Assembly: GCA_030427205.1 (NCBI GenBank)
Contig: JAUHXC010000051.1
Span: 1,336-65,335, forward strand
DNA: 64,000 bases
Direction of reading: 5' to 3'
Origin: a bacterium
GTDB lineage: Bacteria > Myxococcota_A > Bradymonadia > UBA7976 > UBA1532
Shown here: one piece after another, positions 33,201-41,280 of the stretch
Layout: every line of letters starts with the position of its first letter
Position numbering within the stretch: position 1 is the stretch's first letter
Position numbers and translations under genes: made by a program
Notes under the pieces: model-generated
What the model was told of the DNA's origin: nothing
Database searches by the model: none
What the model saw: only the letters and a program-made list of their open reading frames with translations

Positions 33201-33302
33201 GCCCTGCCACAAACGGTGGGCCTTCAAGCGGGCGGCGACCCCCAGCGGGGCCACCTCGCGGTGGATCCGGTCGAGCAGCGGGTCGAGATCGGTCGCGGCC
33301 AT
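30210..33302 (-). CDS. vWA component of a MoxR ternary system, with TM segments and C-terminal FGE-sulfatase/CLec domain
   Basis: IDAEATAEATARAAG, LTIFVDQGS (degenerate MIDAS), three TM segments, YRLPTEAEWEYAAR, GLYDIIGNVYEW. Starts 3 bp after the MoxR gene. Confidence 0.85.
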   Translation of the reverse strand: MAATDLDPLLDRIHREVAPLGVAARLKAHRLWQGWPAQTAEDLEARADGLAAALGRDRDEVERIRAAIARYEPTQRAAADGIEGPLAKSSESSKSSLGWVFAALLAVGVVIGFVISEPSQMPSDESSADASVMASTDAGMPDAATSRAATLEPVPNPRAQHVPVAQAPAVFDLGDWLAWLFGAALIAMGAVLLDRYRNRRALEIEQREAVARAAEADRRRLAAEKRAHTTRRAPTEWRAPPAGADASAYVLGQIFQARPGQRIDAEATAEATARAAGQLRVVPQVRRIDQPLTIFVDQGSGEHVWLGGFNRLVRFWRERHVPLRAFEFSRRPDWLTDEDGRRHTLAQVARRFGDGPLLILSHRLLTDAREGEARWTELLRAWPDRVWVDPDPRPPARRGATEARYAHLIESDGLARCPMTPEGLVAAARRLGGDPPGRAPRWPGLPDEDTPGYRAALAEWAAACALVPEAEWDGAESLREALPAVKAVFTERWHVQAVIDAFEGMRAARGERGPGLAERSRLVPAEEDLLASWAALDGIGDLAAIDARIAKAQAASLAARQGGPRAPGEAEADRLRQAMYDLRRAPSAGAVARVDAFLGTALAADARQMLEGFDRVRRATIDGATALHLDHALGRGAPGEVVSAGGFDRGSVRAPLAWAVVAAAVLWLGLWLLDGVWGGAQVPQAAGDDLWTLEVGQARPLTAEAAAVAAPTSILRLPDAGPPDGGPVDGGAPAPLVDAEPAVDAALDAGAEAARVLAATDNRPAMLPVRPGRFMMGSPLDEEGRFDNEGQHAVTLTRGFWLAETEVTEAQWTALMKSRPSRDGADYPVDSVNWFEAVAYVNALSKAEGLEPCYRVLNCVGELGSGNCDIGRQDGWFTCTNADNFRCGAVTFAGLDCAGYRLPTEAEWEYAARAGTTGARYGALADIAVYDGSGGAQAPVKGERQPNDWGLYDIIGNVYEWVQDAYENDITDRSEATPVEAPLPRDRVSRGCGWNSTAGFCRAANRYAVRPAYRNRSLGLRPARTWPLVP

Positions 33303-33304
33303 CG

Positions 33305-34363
33305 TCAGGTGCGCGCCGTGACCCGGTCCCAGTCGGCCTTCAGCTTGAGCAGGCAGCCCAGCCCCGGCAGCTCATCCCAGCCGAGGCTGGCCGACAGCTC
33401 GAAGCCGCCGTCCTTGGGCCGCACCGCCTTGTCGAACGCGGCCAAGCGCGCCTCGGCCTTGGGGTAGACGCCCGGCGTGATCAGCGTCTCGAACCAGCCG
33501 ATCAGCTCCGAGGTCGACGGCGCCTTGAGCAAGACCGCGGCGTAGCGCTGGCGCAGCGCCAGGAAAGCCTTCACCGCCGATGGGATGTGCCTGTGATGGG
33601 TCTTCGCGAAGCGCGCCTTCAGGATGCGATCGAGCCGCTCGCGATCGGGGAAGCCGACGTGATGGAAGACGCAGCGGCGCAAGAAGGCGTCGGGCAGCTG
33701 CCGCTCTTCGTTGCTGGTGATGATGATCACCGGCTTCTCGTGCGACGCCGGGTCGGGGTGACCCAGCTGCCGCCGCAATGGGATGCCATGGCTGATGACA
33801 TCGCCCCGCGCGGGGCCGATCGCGCCCCGCGCCTCGCCGTCGAGCTCCTTGATCTCGAAGCGCCCCTGATCCAGCTCACGCAGCAGGTCGTTGGGCAGGT
33901 CCCGCGGCGCCTTGTCGATCTCGTCGATGAGCACCACCCGCCGCGACCGCTCGGGCAGCCCCATCTGGGCCAGCGCCACGCCGAGCGGCATCAGCTCGAT
34001 GTACAGCCGGGCGTCCGCCGCCCGCGCGGCCCCCGCCTCGCCGCGGTTGTGCGCGTCGCCGAAGCGGCGCAGGGCGTCGTAGTGATAGAGCAGGTCGCGG
34101 GCCTGGGTATCGCTGCGCACGTAGCACTCGAGCAGCCCGTCGGCGTCCCGCGGCCGCCAGTCGGCGCGGTTGCCGGCCAGCTTGCGGGCGATGGCGAACG
34201 CAAAGTCGGTCTTGCCGCAGCCCGGCTCGCCGGTGAGCAGCAGCGGCATGCCCAGGGTGATGGCCGCCTTCAGCGCCGAGACCAGCCGCCGGTCGGCTAC
34301 GTACTCCGCGGCGGGGTCGCGCCCGTAGAAGGGCGCGGCGAAGGTGGCGATGTCGATGCTCAA
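33305..34363 (-). CDS. MoxR-family AAA+ ATPase
   Basis: GEPGCGKT, VLIDEIDKAPRDLPNDLL, ITSNEERQLPDAFLRRC. TTG start at 34363 with AGGAGG RBS. Confidence 0.93.
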   Translation of the reverse strand: MSIDIATFAAPFYGRDPAAEYVADRRLVSALKAAITLGMPLLLTGEPGCGKTDFAFAIARKLAGNRADWRPRDADGLLECYVRSDTQARDLLYHYDALRRFGDAHNRGEAGAARAADARLYIELMPLGVALAQMGLPERSRRVVLIDEIDKAPRDLPNDLLRELDQGRFEIKELDGEARGAIGPARGDVISHGIPLRRQLGHPDPASHEKPVIIITSNEERQLPDAFLRRCVFHHVGFPDRERLDRILKARFAKTHHRHIPSAVKAFLALRQRYAAVLLKAPSTSELIGWFETLITPGVYPKAEARLAAFDKAVRPKDGGFELSASLGWDELPGLGCLLKLKADWDRVTART

Positions 34364-34376
34364 TGGGCCTCCTGCG

Positions 34377-35993
34377 TCACGGCCGTCGGCGGCCGTCGAG
34401 GACCGCCTGGATGGCCCGGGCGAGCCGATCGAAGCAGCGCCCGCCGCGGTCGAGTTCATCCCACAGGCGCTTCAACCGCAAGCGATCGAGCTGCGAGACC
34501 CGCTCGCGCACGAGAAAAGGCAGCACGTCGTCGGCCCAATCGGGGAATTTGACCTGCTTGAGCCGGCGCACCGTCCACGGCTGGCCCTCGCCCAGCGCCT
34601 CGAAGGCGGCGAGGCGCGCGTTGAAGGCAGCGTCGGGCCGGTCATACGAGACCGCCAGCATGATGTGCAGCCGATGATAGCCGACCACGTCGCCCAGCAG
34701 CCGCGGCGCCTCGCGCTCGACGAAGTCGACGACCAGCGCCCGGTCGTCCTCTTCCCAGCCAGGGCGGATCGGCGCGTCGAAGACCACCACCAGCCGCGAC
34801 TCGTCGCAGGCGCCGGCGAGGATGTCGACGGTGGTCCCGCTGCCCCGGGGGAACTGCGCGGTCGCCCGCGACGACCAGTCTTCGGCGCTGGTCGGCGCCG
34901 ATCCGAAGCCCGAGGTCAGGTAGGGCACGCGCTTGACGGTCAGCGCCTCGGCGAGCCCGTTGTTCAGGTCGCGCTGCATGCGATCGACGAAGTGATGCAG
35001 CGCCTGGGTCGCGTCGCCGTGCAGGATGATGAGCCCCGATCGGTCCTCGCGCACCAGATCGCGCAGGCGATACCACTGCGACTCGCGGTTGAGCTGAATG
35101 GCGTGGCCCAGGGCGCCCTGCCCCTCGTCGACGTCGGCGATGGCGGCGCCCGATTCATTGGCCACCAGCGCGTCGAGGCCGTCGGCGCTGCTCGCCTGCA
35201 CGAAGGGGCCGTCGGCGGCGATCACGACCGCCACGACGGCGCCGCCGATCATCACCGGCGCGCCGATCGGCGGCGGCTCCGCGGGCGGGCAGGCCACGGC
35301 GAGCAGCATGACCCGGTCATAGCCCCGGGCGGCGTCGGGGTCGATCACCCGCGCCGCGAAGCCTGCGACGGCGGCGCTCGCGCCGGGCTCGACGGGCGTC
35401 GCGCTCACCGGCACCGTCGGCGCGCCGTAGCGCGGCGCCTCGAGCACCAGCGTAGCCCAGCCGGCGCCGGCGTTCGAGCGATCGCGATCGGGCACCGCGG
35501 CCGAGGTCTGGCCGTCGGGCGTGATGACCGCGCAGTTGACGCGACCGCGCTCGCCGTCCATGGCCAGCGCGGCGGCGGTCAGCACCCGCGCCGGCCCGAT
35601 GAAAATCCCCTGCCCCGCGCGCCGCTCGCGGGCGTCGTCGCTGCGCACGTCCACGGTCGGTGGCTCTGCCGGCGACGCGTCGGCCCGCGCCCGGACCAGC
35701 AGCGCCCAGTGACCGAACGCGTCGGCGCCGTCCACGTGGCGCACCTGACGCCCGGCGCGCTCTAGGTACAGCGCCAGCGGCGGGCGATCGAGGCCGTCGA
35801 TGCGCGAGACCTCGGCCAGCGTGCCGACGTCGAGGTCGAGCTGGTCGGTCTTGCGCTTCGCGTCGGGGATGGCGTGGATCAGATCCGCGGGCAGGCCCTG
35901 CAGGCGCACGTCGCGCGCGTGCCCCAAGAGGCCGGTCTCGGCGCACAGGTCGATGATGCGATCGTGCTCTTCGGGCCACAGCAGCCGCGGCAT
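34377..35993 (-). CDS. EAD-like + inactive trypsin-like + iSTAND-like protein
   Basis: N-terminal helical domain (GLLGHARDVRLQGLP..QLDLD..DG..PLALYLERA); trypsin-like GQGIFIGPARVLTAAA and GAPV..GAVVAVV lacking catalytic His/Ser; LNRESQW..IILHG..ALHHFVDR. First gene of the MoxR/vWA operon. Confidence 0.7.
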   Translation of the reverse strand: MPRLLWPEEHDRIIDLCAETGLLGHARDVRLQGLPADLIHAIPDAKRKTDQLDLDVGTLAEVSRIDGLDRPPLALYLERAGRQVRHVDGADAFGHWALLVRARADASPAEPPTVDVRSDDARERRAGQGIFIGPARVLTAAALAMDGERGRVNCAVITPDGQTSAAVPDRDRSNAGAGWATLVLEAPRYGAPTVPVSATPVEPGASAAVAGFAARVIDPDAARGYDRVMLLAVACPPAEPPPIGAPVMIGGAVVAVVIAADGPFVQASSADGLDALVANESGAAIADVDEGQGALGHAIQLNRESQWYRLRDLVREDRSGLIILHGDATQALHHFVDRMQRDLNNGLAEALTVKRVPYLTSGFGSAPTSAEDWSSRATAQFPRGSGTTVDILAGACDESRLVVVFDAPIRPGWEEDDRALVVDFVEREAPRLLGDVVGYHRLHIMLAVSYDRPDAAFNARLAAFEALGEGQPWTVRRLKQVKFPDWADDVLPFLVRERVSQLDRLRLKRLWDELDRGGRCFDRLARAIQAVLDGRRRP

Positions 35994-36206
35994 GGCGTCT
36001 CCCCTCGCCTGGCCGCAGTCGAGCCCATCTGCGCGCCGAGGTCAATGACAGCGGCATTACCCGGCGCGCGGAGATGAGATATGCCTTGACGGACGAGGCA
36101 TCGCTGCCTACCCTCGCGGCGTCCCACTGCTGGGACCTCCTCGCCCCGCCGGTCCGCAGCCGCCCGCGGGGGTCACCGAGCCCACGCTCGGATCCAGGCT
36201 GAGCCC

Positions 36207-36473
36207 ATGTACCGTTGTGATGTCTGCGCGAAGGTGATCCCGCCCGGGATCCGTGCGCGTCGTATCGTCGTCGAAACCCAACCCCACAGCCACCCTGCCC
36301 GCACGATTCGCCAGCGCCGACGGGGCCGAAGCCGCGGCAAGCCGATGACCGATCCCGGCGGGGTCGGCCCGCAGATCGTGCGCGAAGCCACCGCCTGTCC
36401 CGCCTGCGCGAGTGACAGCGCCGACCCGAGGGAGAGCCGCCCGAACGACGGCGTCGCGCCGGATACGCCCTGA
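36207..36473 (+). CDS. Small basic zinc-ribbon protein
   Basis: MYRCDVC...DPGG.G.QIVRE..ACPAC (two CxxC) with an Arg-rich loop. Confidence 0.75.
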   Translation: MYRCDVCAKVIPPGIRARRIVVETQPHSHPARTIRQRRRGRSRGKPMTDPGGVGPQIVREATACPACASDSADPRESRPNDGVAPDTP

Positions 36474-36498
36474 TCGGGCGGCGTCTGCGCGGCGGCCT

Positions 36499-36535
36499 CC
36501 TGACATTTGGCAGACGCTGTCTGCCAAATGTCGGG
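36499..36535. repeat. Intergenic palindrome/hairpin; near-identical copy inside yhcG
   Basis: GACATTTGGCAGAC-GCT-GTCTGCCAAATGTC is a perfect 14-bp stem. 36501-36529 matches 38078-38106 at 28/29 nt. Confidence 0.9.
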
Positions 36536-36620
36536 CGCGCACGCTCGACCACATGCCGCCGATGGGTCACAGTACCGAATGCGGGCACCCGCCCGCGTCC
36601 CGACCCACCCGGAGGCCCCC

Positions 36621-37613
36621 ATGCGTCCCCTCACCCGCCGCCGCTTCATCGGCACCTCGGCCGCGTTGGCCGCCACCGCCACCCTCGGCCCGGCCTGGGC
36701 CGATGACGTCGAGTTCAGGCTCAAGGTCGCCACGGTCGCGCCGCCCGGCACCCCGTGGGCCAAGCAGCTGCGCAAGCTCGAGAAGCAGGTGCGCGAGCGC
36801 TCCCGCGGCCGCTTGCAGCCCAAGATCCACCTCGGCGGATCGCTCGGCGACGAGAAGACCAGCGCCGGGCGCTCGGGCGACGACGCCGGCTGGGCCGGCA
36901 GCCCGTCGGGGCTCTCCGATTCGCTGCCCGAGATCAACGCCTACGAGCTGCCCTTCCTCTTCGCCGACGAGCGCCGCGCGCGGCGGGCGACCGACGGCGC
37001 GAAGATCCAGACCGACGCGCTGCTGCGCCGCGCGCGCCGCAAGCTGATCTTCACCGGCGAGCTGGGCTTTCACGCGCTGGGCACGCCCGGCCCCATCCGC
37101 AGCCCGGCCGACCTGAGCGGCCTGCGCATCGCGACGCCGCCCGGCAGCCCGCGCGGTCGCATCTGGCGCGCGCTGGGCGCCCGGCCGCAGACGGTGGCGT
37201 CCAAAGACACCGCCGATGCCTTGCGCCGCGGGCGGGTCGATGGCTTCAGCGCGCCGCCGCTCTTCGCGCTGGGCGCCGGCTGGGTGCGCGCGGGCATGCA
37301 CATCACGCTGCTGCCGATGATCTACAGCCCGCTGTTCGTCCTGGTGAGCGACTCGGCTTTCGACCGGCTCTCCGAGGCCGACCGCGCCGCGCTGACGGGC
37401 GACGCCGACGCGCGGGCGCGGGAGATGCGCGAGGCGGTCGATCGGGCCAATCGCGAAGCAGCGGCTAGGATCAGCGCGGCAGGCGCGACGTTCGCCCGCG
37501 CCGACGCCGCGCTGAAGGCCGGGCTCGCCGAGCGCACCGCGAACGTCACCGCCGAGTTCCGCCGCGGCACCTCGGCCGAGGGCCGGGCCCTGCTCGACCG
37601 CCTGCAGCGCTGA
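36621..37613 (+). CDS. dctP: TRAP transporter substrate-binding protein (DctP family), Tat-exported, divergent
   Basis: TRRRFIG Tat motif; LKVATVAPPGTPW, ELPFLF, PIRSPADLSGLRI; GGAGG RBS. Confidence 0.8.
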   Translation: MRPLTRRRFIGTSAALAATATLGPAWADDVEFRLKVATVAPPGTPWAKQLRKLEKQVRERSRGRLQPKIHLGGSLGDEKTSAGRSGDDAGWAGSPSGLSDSLPEINAYELPFLFADERRARRATDGAKIQTDALLRRARRKLIFTGELGFHALGTPGPIRSPADLSGLRIATPPGSPRGRIWRALGARPQTVASKDTADALRRGRVDGFSAPPLFALGAGWVRAGMHITLLPMIYSPLFVLVSDSAFDRLSEADRAALTGDADARAREMREAVDRANREAAARISAAGATFARADAALKAGLAERTANVTAEFRRGTSAEGRALLDRLQR

Positions 37614-37742
37614 GCGTGACGTCAACGCTCCGACCGAGCGCCACCGGGCGATGGGCTCGCCCCCACTGACGGGCGCCCCCGGCGGTTGCACCCGGGGCCC
37701 CGCGCTGCGATAACCCGGCATGTCGCTGCGCGCGAGGGCCCG

Positions 37743-38912
37743 ATGAACGAGATGCGTCCATGGTCTGGATTCGACGCCCTGGTCGAAGGGCTCGTCGACC
37801 TCGAAGCCCGTGCACGGGAGCTCGCGAGCCGCTCGGTCGATGAAATACTGACAGTCCGCAACTGGCTCGTGGGCGCGTGGATCGTCGGGTTCGAGCAGGA
37901 GGGCCGTGACCGGGCTCAGTACGGCGAAGGCCTTCTGCGCGAACTCGCGACAACCTTCAAAGCGCGAGGTGTAAAAGGTTTTTCGGCACGAAACCTGCGC
38001 AATTATCGCCAGCTCGCCCTCACCTGGCCGACGCTCGCGGCGCGTCGTGGTGCGGGCGGTGAACTCGGCCTCCCTGCTGACATTCGGCAGACGCTGTCTG
38101 CCAAATTCGTCCCCGCGGTTCTGCCCCGCACCGAGCTCCTCCCGTGGCAGAACGACGCGTGGATGGTCCGCCTGCGCCGAGAGCTGTCGTTCTCCCACTT
38201 GCTCGAGCTGTCGCGCATCGACAGCCCTGTCGCCCGGGCGTTCTACGAGGTCCAGGCGCTGAGCAATCGATGGAGCGTGCGCGAGCTGCGCCGGCAGCGA
38301 GACGCGATGCTCTTCGAGCGGGTCGGGCTCTCGCGGGACACGGAAGCCGTCCTGGCCCTGGCCAACGAGGGCCGCCTGATCGATACACCCACGACCAATA
38401 TCCGCGATCCCTACGTCTTGGAGTTCCTCGACCTGCCCGAGCGCGACGCGTGGTCCGAATCCGACCTCGAGACCGCGCTGGTCGACAACCTGCAGGCCTT
38501 CCTGCTCGAACTCGGCGGCGACTTCGCGTTCCTCGGCCGCCAATACCGAATCACTGTCGGCGGCCGGCACCACTACATCGACCTGCTGTTCTTCCACCGA
38601 CGGCTGCGCTGCCTCGTCGCGATCGATCTCAAGCTCGGCGCCTTCGGCTACGAGGACGCCGGGCAGATGAACTTCTACCTGAGCTTCTTGCGAGAGAACG
38701 TCTCGCTCGAAGACGAGAACCCGCCGGTGGGCCTGGTGCTCTGCGCCGACAAAGACGCCGAAGAGGTGCACTACGCCACCGGCAGCCTGGATCATCAGGT
38801 CTTCGTATCGCGCTATCTCACCCGGCTGCCGACCGAGAGCCAGCTGCGCTCGTGGCTCGCCGAAGAGCGGGAGTCCCTCGCCCGCCGTCACGGGCTGGAC
38901 GAGGCGACCTGA
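37743..38912 (+). CDS. yhcG: YhcG / DUF1016 PD-(D/E)XK nuclease-like protein
   Basis: RNWLVGAWIV..EQEG..RAQYG, LSFSHLLEL, WSVRELRRQ, IRDPYVLEFL, IDLLFFHRRLRCLVAIDLK, GQMNFYL. Codon usage slightly less GC-rich than its neighbours. Confidence 0.92.
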   Translation: MNEMRPWSGFDALVEGLVDLEARARELASRSVDEILTVRNWLVGAWIVGFEQEGRDRAQYGEGLLRELATTFKARGVKGFSARNLRNYRQLALTWPTLAARRGAGGELGLPADIRQTLSAKFVPAVLPRTELLPWQNDAWMVRLRRELSFSHLLELSRIDSPVARAFYEVQALSNRWSVRELRRQRDAMLFERVGLSRDTEAVLALANEGRLIDTPTTNIRDPYVLEFLDLPERDAWSESDLETALVDNLQAFLLELGGDFAFLGRQYRITVGGRHHYIDLLFFHRRLRCLVAIDLKLGAFGYEDAGQMNFYLSFLRENVSLEDENPPVGLVLCADKDAEEVHYATGSLDHQVFVSRYLTRLPTESQLRSWLAEERESLARRHGLDEAT

Positions 38913-38930
38913 ACCGCGGGGCTCGACCCG

Positions 38931-40637
38931 TCAGAGAAACCCGCCCTCGATGCCCACGATCGTCCGATGCTGCACCTTGCGCAGCGACGGCAACCGGTCG
39001 TCGAGCTCGATCGCCGGCATCACCACCGTCGTCGTGAACGGATCGAGCACGAGCCACAGCCGCTCGCCCAGCGGAAAGCGCAGCCCGAGCGGGCGGATCT
39101 CGGAGAAGACGCCCGTATTGCCGGTCGAGTGCAGCTCGGTGTCGAACATCAGCGTCGAGGTGCCCAGCGCGAACGCGACCCGCACGTAATCGTCGAAGAA
39201 CAGCCCCTCGGCGAACGCGGCGACGTCGAGCACGCCGCCGTCGACCCGGGCGCCGTACTCCACCGACACCCAATAGTCGCGATCGACGTGCAGGCCGAAC
39301 CGCCAGCGCCCGGTCTGCCAGCCCGCGCGCACGCCGTAGCCGAACGCCGGCGAGAGGATCGCCGCGTCGACCCGGTCGTCCAGCGCCGAGCCGTGCCCTT
39401 CGACGACGACGCTCAGCCGCGGCGGGGCGTCTGCGGCGTCTGCGGCCTCGTCGGCCTCGGCGGCCACCGCCGGCCGGGCGAGAGCGAGCAGCGCCAGCGC
39501 GGTCGGCGCGGCGAACCGCCGACGTCGCCCCAGCCAGGCCAGCCCGAGCAGACCGAGGCCCCACGCCCAGCCGCCCGACTGGCCAGCGGGCGCCGTCGCG
39601 CAGCCCAGGTAGGGCCCGACGGCCTCCTGCCGGGCGATCGCGGCGTACGGGCTGCCGCAGAAGTCATTGGCGTCATCGCAGCAGACCGCCTCGACGGCGT
39701 CCGTATCGCCGGCCCGGATGGCCGCCCGGCACGGCGGGTTGTAGACGATCCAGCCGCAGGCGTCGCGATCGGTCGCGTCGTCGACGCACGGCGCGAGGCC
39801 CGCCCGCAAGGCGGCGCCGTCGCGGGTGCGCGCGGCCTCGACGATGGCGAGGGTCAGCGCGCGGGTCCGGCGGGTCGCCGCCTCGACGAGCGGCGCGACG
39901 TCGTCCCGGTGGCAGTCGTCGAGCGCGTCGCTGTGGGCCAGGCCATCGGCGTCTTCGAGCCGCCCTTCGACCGCGTCGATGTAGTTGAGCACGCCGACGA
40001 TGTGCTCGACCTCGGCGTCCCAGATCATGTGCGCGTGCGCGTCCTGCAAGGCGTGCAGCGCCCGGCCCACGTGCCACGCGAAGAGCGCCACCGGCACGTC
40101 GACGACGCCGTAGTGATCGAGATAGGCCGGCTTGTCGGCGATGACGCCGCCCGCGCTCAGGCTCGCGCCGGTCTGCACCTCGTCGAGGATGGCGGCGATG
40201 GTGCCGTCGACCGCCGCCAAGTCACCGGCGATGCCGTCGTCGCCCGGCCCGCGCAGAGCGTGGGCGTATTGCCCGCGCGGCGCTGGATCGGCGTGCAGCC
40301 GGCGCAGGGCGGCGAGGTTGAACGTCGAGTGCCCGTCGGTATCGGGCGAGCGCACCCCGATGATGATCGAGAACATCACGAAGCGGACCTGGAGGCTCGC
40401 GTCTTCGGTGCCGGGGAACTGCAGCCGGCCGAGCAGCTGCCGCAGCAGCGGATCGTCGGGCACTTCGAACCCGCTGACGTCGTCGACGAGGTCGAGCAGC
40501 ACATCCAGCGAGCTGACGGTGATGCGCTCGTGGCACGAGTCGCTGACCGCCGTCTGCAGGCTGTAGCCATGGGCCGCGGCCGGCAGGGTCATCAGCCCCA
40601 GCGCGGCGAGCAGCAGCGGGTATGTGCGCGCGCTCAT
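38931..40637 (-). CDS. Secreted phospholipase C/P1-like Zn-binding domain + internal MYXO-CTERM-like segment + C-terminal beta-barrel
   Basis: Signal peptide; CHERIT; VGRALHALQDAHAH; GCATAP..WGLGLLGLAWLGRRRR; beta-strand C-terminus. ATG 40637 overlaps the upstream stop. Confidence 0.7.
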   Translation of the reverse strand: MSARTYPLLLAALGLMTLPAAAHGYSLQTAVSDSCHERITVSSLDVLLDLVDDVSGFEVPDDPLLRQLLGRLQFPGTEDASLQVRFVMFSIIIGVRSPDTDGHSTFNLAALRRLHADPAPRGQYAHALRGPGDDGIAGDLAAVDGTIAAILDEVQTGASLSAGGVIADKPAYLDHYGVVDVPVALFAWHVGRALHALQDAHAHMIWDAEVEHIVGVLNYIDAVEGRLEDADGLAHSDALDDCHRDDVAPLVEAATRRTRALTLAIVEAARTRDGAALRAGLAPCVDDATDRDACGWIVYNPPCRAAIRAGDTDAVEAVCCDDANDFCGSPYAAIARQEAVGPYLGCATAPAGQSGGWAWGLGLLGLAWLGRRRRFAAPTALALLALARPAVAAEADEAADAADAPPRLSVVVEGHGSALDDRVDAAILSPAFGYGVRAGWQTGRWRFGLHVDRDYWVSVEYGARVDGGVLDVAAFAEGLFFDDYVRVAFALGTSTLMFDTELHSTGNTGVFSEIRPLGLRFPLGERLWLVLDPFTTTVVMPAIELDDRLPSLRKVQHRTIVGIEGGFL

Positions 40638-41194
40638 CGGCCGAACTCCGCGTAGATGCACAGGCGGTACTGCACGTCGACCAGCGGGATCCCGCCGGCG
40701 TCGGGCAGCGTCATGAACAGCGTCAGCGGGTCGAAGCCGACGACGGCGTCGTCGAGGGCCCAGCGCAGGCCCGCCGGGCGCAGGTCGACGTAGAAGCCCG
40801 CGCCGCCGGCGCTGTCGAGCGCGGTGCCTTCGAGCAGCAGCGCCAGCCCCCCGCCCACGCGGGTGCGGATGCGCCCGCCCGCCGAGAGCACCGAGCCTTC
40901 GAGGCCCGTGTGCAGCGCGCCGAACCAGTCGTCCTCGCCCCGCCCGTCGAGCGTGCGCCACAGGGTGCCCTCGACCGCCAGCCCGACGCCCCAGCGATGC
41001 CAGCGGCGGCCGGCGTGCAGCCCGAGCGCAAACGCGCGGAAGACCTCCTGCTGGTCATCACTGCCCTCGGAGTAGGGCGACAGCGCCAGGTCGAAGTCGA
41101 CGATCAGCTCGGCCCCGAAGGGCGGCAGCAAGGGGTCATCGCCGGCCTCTGTCGCCGGGGTGACCGCCGGCGCGAGCCAGACGATGCTTGCCAT
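40634..41194 (-). CDS. Small outer-membrane beta-barrel protein (true start possibly 41217 via a frameshift)
   Basis: Amphipathic strands; DLRPAGLRW resembles EIRPLGLRF in the downstream barrel; ends YAEF. Confidence 0.65.
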   Translation of the reverse strand: MASIVWLAPAVTPATEAGDDPLLPPFGAELIVDFDLALSPYSEGSDDQQEVFRAFALGLHAGRRWHRWGVGLAVEGTLWRTLDGRGEDDWFGALHTGLEGSVLSAGGRIRTRVGGGLALLLEGTALDSAGGAGFYVDLRPAGLRWALDDAVVGFDPLTLFMTLPDAGGIPLVDVQYRLCIYAEFGR

Positions 41195-41280
41195 GCCACG
41201 GCCAATGCAGTGCGCATCACCTCTCCTGATCCGCGCCCGCGGCCGTCGGCCGCGCCGCGCACACGCTCTGCAGGAGCGTG

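Noticed and set aside
36499-36535. Rho-independent terminator
   Set aside because: No U-tract on either side, and the near-identical copy inside yhcG needs another explanation.
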